From Ignavibacteriota bacterium (lineage in GTDB: Bacteria; Bacteroidota; Ignavibacteria; Palsa-1295): DNA of 64,000 nt. Below the pieces are notes generated by a model, which made no database searches, was not told the DNA's origin, and saw only the letters and a program-made list of their open reading frames with translations. The position numbers and the translations under genes are program-made. The DNA is taken from contig CAWBEI010000005.1 in NCBI GenBank assembly GCA_963787835.1, forward strand, positions 192,001-256,000, written 5' to 3'. Shown in pieces: positions 48,172 through 56,271 of the stretch. Numbering within the stretch: position 1 is the stretch's first letter; every line of letters begins with the position of its first letter.

Positions 48172-48400
48172 AGACTTCTTCTTCTAAAGGATACCATGCT
48201 TTCGATTCCTGGAGATATAAGTCATTCACGAGCGGCGCGCCGGCAATGAGGGCTGCGCGGATTTTTTCCCGAGCACTTTCGGCAAGATAATTCCGCATTA
48301 ACCCTGAAAGTATAAGGCTGCGGCTTCCGGACTCGACCGCATCCTCGAACGCATTTAACGTCCGCTCGTCAATGGAATATGTTCGTTTTTTGAGATGCAT
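48050..48400 (-). CDS. Putative antitoxin for the MazF-type toxin (RHH-like N-terminus)
   Basis: Immediately upstream of the toxin, AAGGAGA RBS, KKRTYSID beta-strand then helices, acidic LEEEV; overlaps the toxin by 122 nt. Confidence 0.75.
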   Translation of the reverse strand: MHLKKRTYSIDERTLNAFEDAVESGSRSLILSGLMRNYLAESAREKIRAALIAGAPLVNDLYLQESKAWYPLEEEVYEKSNQPAPRRHRSRSPRPSKRARTSRSSSRARPLARDHQ

Positions 48401-48467
48401 AAGATTCTCCTTTGGGAATACTAACAGGAATACGATGAGTGTTTGTTCCGCCAGCCGCGCGCCACTG

Positions 48468-48500
48468 GCATGTCAGCACAAGTGGCAGTTGATGGGGTAG
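48468..48500 (+). repeat. Degenerate direct repeat of the DUF58 gene 3' end (copy 2)
   Basis: GCATGTCAGCACAAGTGGCAGTTGATGGGGTAG, 26/33 identical to 47716-47748. Confidence 0.8.
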
Positions 48501-48502
48501 AG

Positions 48503-48919
48503 TTATATCGTTCTGAGAAGTGCCTGGAATCCGGCTTGTTCGAAGTGATGGTCGAACGTTAGTGCCTCCGCGATTTTTCGTTCTCGCATGATGACGAATG
48601 AGGCGCAGTCAACAAGAGACCACGATTGGTCCGCTGCTCGCTCATAAAGTGCGATGGCGGCGGAAAGCAGTGTAGAGGTTATAGGAAGGATAGTGACGAA
48701 TGGATTTTGGTGCAGATCCTTCCAAGTTCCAATGGCCTGGCGGCGAGCTATTTCGCCACTGCGAGAAAAATGCGATAAGAATTCGACCAGTACAAGCTCA
48801 GTTGTCACGACTATCGTATCTGAGAGGAGCGATGCGGCATTCATTGCAGCCGGATGAAGCCGGTCGCGGGGAACTTGGAGCGCGACCAGATACGTGGTAT
48901 CCGCAAAAACTTCTTTCAC
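48503..48919 (-). CDS. Type II toxin, VapC/PIN domain
   Basis: VFADTTYLVAL, TTELVLVE, WSLVDCASFVIM, ALTFDHHFEQAGF; GTG start overlaps the upstream TGA. Confidence 0.92.
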   Translation of the reverse strand: MKEVFADTTYLVALQVPRDRLHPAAMNAASLLSDTIVVTTELVLVEFLSHFSRSGEIARRQAIGTWKDLHQNPFVTILPITSTLLSAAIALYERAADQSWSLVDCASFVIMRERKIAEALTFDHHFEQAGFQALLRTI

Positions 48920-49128
48920 TCGTGGCCGAGGGATTCGCTGCCCAAACAATAGTCACTTTCGCGGAGCCTTCTGGAAAGATCGTCTTGTACATCCGGCGGA
49001 ATGAGCCGTCCCCGCTCTGCGATCCGATGAAACAGGTCAACAAGCGATCCTTTGGATTCTTGCTGTCCTGCGCGCTTCGCTGAGGGGCGGCGTGGCATGA
49101 CTTTCTTAGATGCCGTCTTCGTGCTCAT
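48916..49128 (-). CDS. Putative VapB-like antitoxin
   Basis: 70-aa ORF from ATG 49128 (MSTKTASKK...IPPDVQDDLSRRL) coupled to the PIN gene by a GTGA overlap. Confidence 0.65.
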   Translation of the reverse strand: MSTKTASKKVMPRRPSAKRAGQQESKGSLVDLFHRIAERGRLIPPDVQDDLSRRLRESDYCLGSESLGHE

Positions 49129-49161
49129 AACACATACAACACAACCGCGAAATCTTCGTTT

Positions 49162-49224
49162 CCCTTCGACTGTGCACGCCGCGGCGGGCTGGAATATCTG
49201 CACAAGCGGCAGTGGATGGGGTGA
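49162..49224 (+). repeat. Direct repeat of the DUF58 gene 3' end (copy 3)
   Basis: 49192-49224 is 31/33 identical to 47716-47748; CCCTTCGAC at 49162 also matches 47695, with a 9-nt insertion in between. Confidence 0.92.
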
Positions 49225-49274
49225 ACGGGCGTTAATAATTCTCTGTTTAAACTCGATGTCCATTTAACACTCTA

Positions 49275-49532
49275 ATGAAGAAAATGATGAAACAATATTT
49301 GGTTCTCATCTTGGCATCATTCATGTTCCTCACTTCGCCCGCCATTGCAACGAAGCACCCACGCAAAACATCGGAACATCGATCTAAATTACCAAAGGAG
49401 CCTAAGACTCCGCGCCCTAAAAAGTACCATGATCCTGGAAAGTCCGAGGGTGTCCATGGTCATACGGGCCCTGATGGCCGTTGGCATAAAGATTACCATC
49501 GATCTCCTCGTGGAACTGCTCAGCATAATTAG
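49275..49532 (+). CDS. Small secreted basic His/Lys-rich protein
   Basis: Signal peptide (AIA-T); VHGHTGPDGRWHKDYHRSP. Confidence 0.6.
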   Translation: MKKMMKQYLVLILASFMFLTSPAIATKHPRKTSEHRSKLPKEPKTPRPKKYHDPGKSEGVHGHTGPDGRWHKDYHRSPRGTAQHN

Positions 49533-49564
49533 TGACCAACTAAATAGGTACTTTCAATTAAATA

Positions 49565-50098
49565 ATGCCAGATCTAAAAGTAATTGGTTCTAATGTTGAA
49601 GATTATGGAAACTTCAACGAGCGAATCGCTCGATGGGATGCTTATCGCATCAATTTCTTATCCTTTATTATTAATCTAATTTTTACCCTTACTGGAGGAA
49701 GCTTCTGGATTTGGTATCAGGTCCTCAAAGATGACCGAGTTGGAAATTATCATACATACTTTTTCATCTCCAGTATAATGCTTGGGTTATCGTTCATTTT
49801 AGGGATTCTTACAATGCTTAATAGGCTTAGAGATTTTAGGTTAACCGCAAAAACCATTAGGCTTGAGCAAAACCATGATGAAAAGATAAAGTTACGAAAT
49901 CCAGCAAATGATGACAATGTCAAAAATTTGATTGAGTCAAAAATAAAAGAATTAGATACCCTCATAATCCTACATAGGATATGGACAAGGAAAATTGGTA
50001 ACTTTACTTATTGTTTTTTTTACACTCAAGTAGGGTGCTTCGTAATAGGGAATGGGTTTATCGTTTTTGCAGTGATGAAGGCATATAATTTGTTTTAA
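49565..50098 (+). CDS. AT-rich hypothetical membrane protein
   Basis: 177-aa ORF with about three TM segments; visibly lower GC than the flanking housekeeping genes. Confidence 0.65.
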   Translation: MPDLKVIGSNVEDYGNFNERIARWDAYRINFLSFIINLIFTLTGGSFWIWYQVLKDDRVGNYHTYFFISSIMLGLSFILGILTMLNRLRDFRLTAKTIRLEQNHDEKIKLRNPANDDNVKNLIESKIKELDTLIILHRIWTRKIGNFTYCFFYTQVGCFVIGNGFIVFAVMKAYNLF

Positions 50099-50139
50099 TT
50101 ATTGCACTTATATAAAATGCCATTTCTTAGCTCATGTCC

Positions 50140-51261
50140 CTACTCAAACAACCCTACCATCAGCTTCTTGATCTCCTCCTCCGTATTATAAAAATGCGGA
50201 GAAACGCGGAGGCGTCCCTGGCGGAGGGAGATAATAATGTTTTGCTTATGCAATCGCTCGAATACTTTTTCCGCATCGGGAAAATTGAAGGAAACGATTC
50301 CCGCGTGTTCTCGCTCGTCTTTGGGAGTAATAACTTCCAATCCGCGCTGCTCTAATCTATTGATGAGATAGCCAGAAAGATCGAGCACATTGTGCTCAAT
50401 TTCTTTCAGTCCATATTCAAAGAAGAACTTTAGCGAGGCATTTAGCGCAGTGATGCCTGCGAAATTTAGCGTGCCATTTTCGAAGCGGGCAGCGCCGGAG
50501 CGGAGTTCGTCAGGACGCAGTGTGAAATCGAAGGGATTCTCAATGCTCGTCCATCCCAGTGAGGCTTGGTGAATGCGTTCGATGGCGCGGTCGCCGGCGT
50601 ATATGAATGCTACGCCAGTATCTGCCATCATCCATTTATGCGAGCCGTTAGAGAGAAAATCTATGTTGTCGCGCTCGACATCGATCGAGCAATGGGGAAG
50701 TGATTGTATTGTATCGACAGCAAAGAGAATATCGCGTTCGCGACAGAGCTTTCCGATGGATGTGAGGTCAGCTTTGGCTCCCGTCGCAAATTGCACATGG
50801 CTGAGCGCGACAAGCTTAGTTCTTGAGGTCAGATGGTCGGCAACATCTTGCGGGGTGACTTTGAAGTGTTTTGTGGGAATTATGTCAACTTCGACACCCT
50901 GCGTTCGCAGATTCAAGAAAGGATACACGTTTGCAGGAAATTCCAGATCGTTCAGCAACACGCGGTCGCCCTGTTTCCAATCGAGGCCTTGCGCTATAAT
51001 GTTGAGTCCATCGCTGGTATTAAGCACGAACGCCATCTGATCGGCGCGAGCGTGGATCATTTGCGCAAGCAGTTCCCGCGTTTCCTGAACGGTTTTCATG
51101 ATCCACGGATATGGCTCGATGCCTTTGAGAGCTCGTCGCGTTTGGTAGCGATCGACCGCATCGCGCACCCGGAACGAAAGCGGCGCAACTGCGGCATGAT
51201 TCATATAGACCATGCCACTCATGGTGTGCGGGAATTCCCGGCGAGCTTGATCCTTCGTCAT
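50140..51261 (-). CDS. Aminotransferase class V, PLP-dependent (cysteine desulfurase-like)
   Basis: YMNHAAVAP, LEFPAN, VDTIQS, SNGSHKWMM, RFENGT, RVSPHFYN; start ATG 51261. Confidence 0.9.
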   Translation of the reverse strand: MTKDQARREFPHTMSGMVYMNHAAVAPLSFRVRDAVDRYQTRRALKGIEPYPWIMKTVQETRELLAQMIHARADQMAFVLNTSDGLNIIAQGLDWKQGDRVLLNDLEFPANVYPFLNLRTQGVEVDIIPTKHFKVTPQDVADHLTSRTKLVALSHVQFATGAKADLTSIGKLCRERDILFAVDTIQSLPHCSIDVERDNIDFLSNGSHKWMMADTGVAFIYAGDRAIERIHQASLGWTSIENPFDFTLRPDELRSGAARFENGTLNFAGITALNASLKFFFEYGLKEIEHNVLDLSGYLINRLEQRGLEVITPKDEREHAGIVSFNFPDAEKVFERLHKQNIIISLRQGRLRVSPHFYNTEEEIKKLMVGLFE

Positions 51262-51281
51262 ACTGTTGAGCTTAATTTCAG

Positions 51282-51404
51282 TGTCATTGCGAGGAGAATT
51301 CAACGACCGGAGGGAGTTGGATTCGACGAAGCAATCTGTTGGGATATGCAAAGAGATTGCTTCGTCGGAATTGCTCCGCTCCGCAATTCCTCCTCGCAAT
51401 GACA
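51282..51404. repeat. TGTC/CGTC-type REP dimer (intergenic)
   Basis: TGTCATTGCGAGGAG...GACGAAGCAATCT / AGATTGCTTCGTC...CTCCTCGCAATGACA; same family as 38011-38138. Confidence 0.9.
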
Positions 51405-51427
51405 ATGATAACATTGTAGAATCGACA

Positions 51428-52195
51428 TTACAATTCTCTCTGGGAAAGAAGCAACTCAACTTTCTTAACATCCTCCGCAGTATCGACCGCAACCGATTCA
51501 TACTCCACATGCACACACCGGATAGGAATTCCATTTTCGAGCAATCGCAGTTGTTCGAGGCGTTCGGCGCGTTCGAGAGGGCTTTCGCCAAACTCGACAA
51601 ATAATTTCAAAACGTCCGCTCGATACGCATACACGCCAATGTGCTTGTAATACCGATGTTGCTGCGGCCAGTAAAAAACAGAGTCCCAACCAAGCTCACG
51701 ATGAAATGGAATAGGATGCCGCGAAAAATAGAGCGCATCGTCGAATTTATTTTTAGCAACAAAAACCACGTTCGGATTTGTCAATTCTTCCGCGTGTTTG
51801 AGCGTCGTGATCGGAGTTGCGACTTTCAATTCAGGAACGTGTGCCATTTCCCGTGCAAGTGAACTAATGACTTCAGGATCGATCAGAGGTTCATCGCCCT
51901 GCACATTGATGACAATATCATCACTGCTAAGGTCCAGCTTTGCGGCAGCTTGCGCTACGCGATCAGTGCCGGATGGGCAATCGGGCGAAGTCATGATAAC
52001 GCCCCCACCAAACCGGTTGACCTCATCGGCAATATCGGGATGATCGGTCGTAACATAGACGGCATCGATCCCGGTGGCTTTTTTACATTGGCGATAGACC
52101 CGCTCGACCATCGTCATTCCGGAGATCACGGCCAACGGCTTTGCCGGAAGCCGCTGGGATGCGTAGCGGGAGGGTATTATGATGATGGTTTGCAA
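51428..52195 (-). CDS. kdsB: 3-deoxy-manno-octulosonate cytidylyltransferase
   Basis: IPSRYASQRLPAKPL, SGTDR, NVQGDEP, ALYFSR, HIGVYAY, LEQLR. Confidence 0.96.
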   Translation of the reverse strand: MQTIIIIPSRYASQRLPAKPLAVISGMTMVERVYRQCKKATGIDAVYVTTDHPDIADEVNRFGGGVIMTSPDCPSGTDRVAQAAAKLDLSSDDIVINVQGDEPLIDPEVISSLAREMAHVPELKVATPITTLKHAEELTNPNVVFVAKNKFDDALYFSRHPIPFHRELGWDSVFYWPQQHRYYKHIGVYAYRADVLKLFVEFGESPLERAERLEQLRLLENGIPIRCVHVEYESVAVDTAEDVKKVELLLSQREL

Positions 52196-52339
52196 GTCGC
52201 AAAAATACGCAACTTTGATGTAATCGTTTCGAATATGTAATCAATTGAAATTTGCGAAGTGTTATCAGCGTTCATTATATGGCAGACCCAAGTCCAAGTA
52301 AGATCTATCGCCTGACACCAAAGTTTATTCCCAGAACTG

Positions 52340-53050
52340 ATGCTCGAAATTCGTGACCTCCACGTTTCTTACGGTGGGATCAAAGCGCTAAAAGGTATTT
52401 CACTCGATGTCGGGGAAAGTGCTATTGTAACGCTTATTGGCGGTAATGGCGCTGGGAAGACAACGCTGCTTCGCACGATCTCCGGTTTGTTGAAAGCCCG
52501 TCACGGTTCGATCTGCTGGAATACCCATGAGTTGACACACATGAAGCCGCATGATGTGGTGAAGCTCGGGATCGCGCAAGCGCCCGAGGGCCGGATGATC
52601 TTTGCCAACCTGACCGTTCAGGAAAATTTACGCATGGGAGCTTATCTCCGAAAAGACACCGAGGGTATCAAACGCGATCTCGAATTTGCCTTCAACATTT
52701 TTCCCCGCCTTAAAGAACGATTGTGGCAGCCGGGCGGGACGCTTTCCGGTGGCGAACAGCAAATGTTGGCTATTGCTCGCGCGCTGATGTCAAGTCCTAA
52801 GATGCTGCTGCTCGACGAACCCTCGCTCGGAATTGCTCCGAAATTGGTACGTACGATCTTTGAAAAGATCGTCGAGATCAATCGTGAACTTGGCGTGACC
52901 ATCCTTTTGGTCGAGCAGAATGCCAATCTTGCGCTTGCCATTGCGCATACGGCGTACGTGATCGAAACGGGAAAGATCGTGCTCTCAGGTCCGGCAAAAG
53001 AGCTTGCGCAGAACGAGGACGTGAAACGCGCCTATTTGGGAACAGCATGA
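52340..53050 (+). CDS. ABC transporter ATP-binding protein, LivF-like
   Basis: GGNGAGKTT, PEGRMIF, LSGGEQQMLAIARALM, LLDEPSLG, LLVEQN. Confidence 0.92.
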   Translation: MLEIRDLHVSYGGIKALKGISLDVGESAIVTLIGGNGAGKTTLLRTISGLLKARHGSICWNTHELTHMKPHDVVKLGIAQAPEGRMIFANLTVQENLRMGAYLRKDTEGIKRDLEFAFNIFPRLKERLWQPGGTLSGGEQQMLAIARALMSSPKMLLLDEPSLGIAPKLVRTIFEKIVEINRELGVTILLVEQNANLALAIAHTAYVIETGKIVLSGPAKELAQNEDVKRAYLGTA

Positions 53051-54579
53051 GCGAACCGGTTCCCATTGGCCGGCGAGCCGTCCGTGGTGCTGCACTGCTG
53101 ACCGGCGCAACGTATATCTCGCTGCTGCTTGGCATAGCGGCTCGAAAGGCAACCGCGTTGCTTTTGACGCCGGAGCAAGTTGGCGTGTATCAGGCGGCGC
53201 TCAGTTTTGTCGATCTTGTGGTTAGTTTTGCAGCATTCTCGTTCACCAGCGCCATTATTAATGTTCGGGATAATCTTGTATCGGAACCGCTGCCGAACTT
53301 AAAAGAAAATGTATTTATTCTGACGGTTGCGACGAACGGGTTTTTCACCATACTCGCGATGGCATTGGGTCTTTTTTCGCTCTCGAAAGTGCATGGTGAA
53401 ATACTGGCCTCTCTTGTTGGTATTTACGCCGTTCAAAGGTTCATTTCTTCGCTCGATACCTTCTACACTCAGATCCTCGAAAGGGAACTGTCTTATTCGA
53501 AGGTGTCTCGCGTTACGCTCATTGTCAACATCATTCTACACGCTGCTTCAGTCGCGTTTGCCCTGATGGGCGGCGGAGCCTGGGCCATCCCGCTTGCGAC
53601 GATTCTTTCCACGACAGTTGGCTACCGGCTCGATAGATATTACGTAAAAAAATCAGGACTTGCTACGCTGAAAAAACAACCGTGGAAATATTACGATCGT
53701 GGCACTGCTCGCTGGCTTTGGAGATTTGGGACGAAGGTGCTCTTCAACCGGGTATTCGAAAGCTGGCTTTTCAAGATCGATAATCTTGCGGTTGCGTTTC
53801 TGTTTGGGTCGTTCTATTTGGGATATTATGCGCAGGCATTTACGATAGCGTTGTTGCCATCAACAGCAGTTGCGCCGATCGTTGCCAGGGTTTCGATCGC
53901 AACCTACGCCGGTATCCAACACGACCGTTCCATGCTGGAGCGGGCTTTTGCCATCACCAATTTTTTTCTTGTCCGGCTCATGGTACCAGCTACCATCTTC
54001 CTCGCATTCGAGAGCAAGGACATCGTTCGTGTATTCCTTTCCTCGAATTGGGGTGGCGTCTCCGAGCCTTTAACCGCGCTTGCAGGATTGGTTCTTACCG
54101 TTCCCCTTTTTGAGAATGCCAAGATGATCTTAGGTGCAACGCTAAAGCTAACAGAAATTTCTGTGATTCGCGGACTTCAACTATTGCTACTCGTTATTCT
54201 CATCGCATGTTTTCAATGGGGTGGTATTTTATACATCGCGCTCGCCGTTTCCTTCGTAAATGTTGCGGGTTATATCGGGCTGCTCCTCTACCTAAAGCGC
54301 ATTGTCGATCCGAAATGGCGGGAGAACTTTCTTTTGCCATTGATCACGGGCGTGCTTGTATCGTCGCTGGTCGGATTTGTATTGGAGCCGGCGCTTTCTT
54401 CATCGTTACCGGTAGCCGTCGGGATGGAAACACCAGTGTTCCGTCTTATCATATTTGGTGTAATAATATTGGCAGCGTGTTTATTGCTCGAATATCCGTT
54501 CAACCGTCAACTGTTCCGAGAGCGATTGTCTGAAGTTGCCTCGAAATTCAGTCGCTCTACCAATCCCTCCTCCACATGA
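53047..54579 (+). CDS. Oligosaccharide flippase (Wzx/MOP family)
   Basis: About 12-14 TM segments; LLTPEQVG, IDNLAV...LGYYAQAF. Confidence 0.8.
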   Translation: MSEPVPIGRRAVRGAALLTGATYISLLLGIAARKATALLLTPEQVGVYQAALSFVDLVVSFAAFSFTSAIINVRDNLVSEPLPNLKENVFILTVATNGFFTILAMALGLFSLSKVHGEILASLVGIYAVQRFISSLDTFYTQILERELSYSKVSRVTLIVNIILHAASVAFALMGGGAWAIPLATILSTTVGYRLDRYYVKKSGLATLKKQPWKYYDRGTARWLWRFGTKVLFNRVFESWLFKIDNLAVAFLFGSFYLGYYAQAFTIALLPSTAVAPIVARVSIATYAGIQHDRSMLERAFAITNFFLVRLMVPATIFLAFESKDIVRVFLSSNWGGVSEPLTALAGLVLTVPLFENAKMILGATLKLTEISVIRGLQLLLLVILIACFQWGGILYIALAVSFVNVAGYIGLLLYLKRIVDPKWRENFLLPLITGVLVSSLVGFVLEPALSSSLPVAVGMETPVFRLIIFGVIILAACLLLEYPFNRQLFRERLSEVASKFSRSTNPSST

Positions 54580-55634
54580 GCACACGCCTTTCGGATTACG
54601 ATTATCCGCTGCCGGAGCACCTCATCGCAAAATATCCGCCTGCGGAGCGGGGGGATTCGCGATTGTTGGTAGTGCATCGCAACTCACGTACTTGGGATGA
54701 TAAAAAATTCTCAGATATTTTGGAATATCTGAACCCCGGCGATGTTTTAGTTCTCAATAAAACAAAAGTAATTCCAGCGCGGCTTATCGGAGTTCGAACG
54801 CGAACCGGTGCGAAGATCGAAGTTCTGTTACTTCAAAGGCTTCCCGATGAACAGGAACGCTGGAAAGTTTTGATGGCTCCAGCGCGTAAGGCGCCGCTGG
54901 GGGAGATTATCACATTCGATGGCCTCTCTTGTGAAGTCGAGCAAGAAATTGGGGAAGGCGAAAAGATCGTTCGCTTTGATGAGTCGAGCGCGGACTTTTG
55001 GAAGGCGATCGAGCGTATTGGCGAAGTGCCGCTGCCACCTTATCTGCACCGCGCTCCTGAAGCATCTGACACGGAGCGCTATCAGACCGTTTTTGCATCG
55101 GTTCCCGGTGCCGTTGCAGCCCCAACAGCTGGATTGCATTTTACGAACGAGCTTCTCGATGCTATCCAGCAAGCAGGAGTGAAGATTGCGTACATTACCC
55201 TTCATACCGGCCTCGGTACATTCCGCCCTGTGGAATCCGAAGACATTACTCATCACAAGATGCACGAGGAATATTTTGAATTAGATGACTACAATGCAGA
55301 GATCATCAACAACGCAAAACGAGCAGGGAAGCGATGTATCGCGGTCGGGACTACCAGCGTTCGCGCCCTGGAAACGGTATCCGATGAAGCGGGCATCGTT
55401 CATATCGGTTCCGGGATGAGTGGGATCTTTATTTATCCGCCGTATCAATTCAAGGTTCCGGATGTCATTCTCACCAACTTCCATCTCCCACGCTCCACGT
55501 TGCTCATGATGATATCAGCGTTCATGGATAAGGGTTCATCCGGGGGCCGGGAATTTCTGATGCAATGTTACCAGCACGCGATCGAATCAGGATTCCGGTT
55601 CTTCAGTTATGGAGACGCTATGCTTATTCTTTAG
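54576..55634 (+). CDS. queA: S-adenosylmethionine:tRNA ribosyltransferase-isomerase
   Basis: DYDYPLP, NKTKVIPARL, PLPPY, AVAAPTAGLHF, TNFHLPRSTL, FFSYGDAML. Confidence 0.97.
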   Translation: MSTRLSDYDYPLPEHLIAKYPPAERGDSRLLVVHRNSRTWDDKKFSDILEYLNPGDVLVLNKTKVIPARLIGVRTRTGAKIEVLLLQRLPDEQERWKVLMAPARKAPLGEIITFDGLSCEVEQEIGEGEKIVRFDESSADFWKAIERIGEVPLPPYLHRAPEASDTERYQTVFASVPGAVAAPTAGLHFTNELLDAIQQAGVKIAYITLHTGLGTFRPVESEDITHHKMHEEYFELDDYNAEIINNAKRAGKRCIAVGTTSVRALETVSDEAGIVHIGSGMSGIFIYPPYQFKVPDVILTNFHLPRSTLLMMISAFMDKGSSGGREFLMQCYQHAIESGFRFFSYGDAMLIL

Positions 55635-55648
55635 TCAAGGAAGATCGC

Positions 55649-56260
55649 TCAGGCATTCAGGGCTTTCTTCAAGCGAGCGACTCGTTCGGCTCCAATTGCG
55701 CGTACTAATGGCGATTCGAGAAACTCCAGCAAAGGGATCTTTTCGCGCTTACCTCGGGATCGGCCGCCTTTGCATTCGGGTATTGTTTCATACACGATCT
55801 CGAATGTGTTCTCACCCGTCGGATAGATCCGGATCGGGAAAAGATGGCAACTGATGGGTTTTGGGAATCCTTCGATCTCGTCATTTCGGTAAGCGCGTTC
55901 AATGGCACAGAAGGCTACGCCTGAATTATCATTGTCATACATGACGAAAATGCAATCTCTGCCACGAATGGCAGGGATGGTGTGCGAACCATTCGGCTCT
56001 CGCTGCCAGAGACCGGATTTCTCAATGGCTGCTAACGACTTCTCACTCAGATATTTTTTGACTATAGGGAATACACGCTCCAGTTCCGCGATCTCGCTCT
56101 CTAATATTGGCGCACCGGCATCGGCAGGCATGGTGCAACAGGCTCCTTTGCAGACCGAGAGATCGCACGCGAAATCCGTCGAGCCGAGATTTCGTGCGGC
56201 TTCGAAGCGAACCGTCTCCGGATAAATAGGAAGTTGTAGGGCGTTCGGGTCAGACATCAC
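55649..56260 (-). CDS. DUF3109 family Cys-rich protein
   Basis: FACDLSVCKGACC, GAP, CIF, CAIE, KPISCHLFPIRI. Confidence 0.85.
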   Translation of the reverse strand: MMSDPNALQLPIYPETVRFEAARNLGSTDFACDLSVCKGACCTMPADAGAPILESEIAELERVFPIVKKYLSEKSLAAIEKSGLWQREPNGSHTIPAIRGRDCIFVMYDNDNSGVAFCAIERAYRNDEIEGFPKPISCHLFPIRIYPTGENTFEIVYETIPECKGGRSRGKREKIPLLEFLESPLVRAIGAERVARLKKALNA

Positions 56261-56271
56261 GAATTCTGACG

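Noticed and set aside
49225-50139. Integron attC sites around the AT-rich orphan genes
   Set aside because: No convincing RYYYAAC...GTTRRRY paired structure was found
51262-51600. N-terminal extension of the class V aminotransferase through the REP element into kdsB
   Set aside because: It overlaps kdsB and homology starts at ATG 51261, so this REP is treated as intergenic
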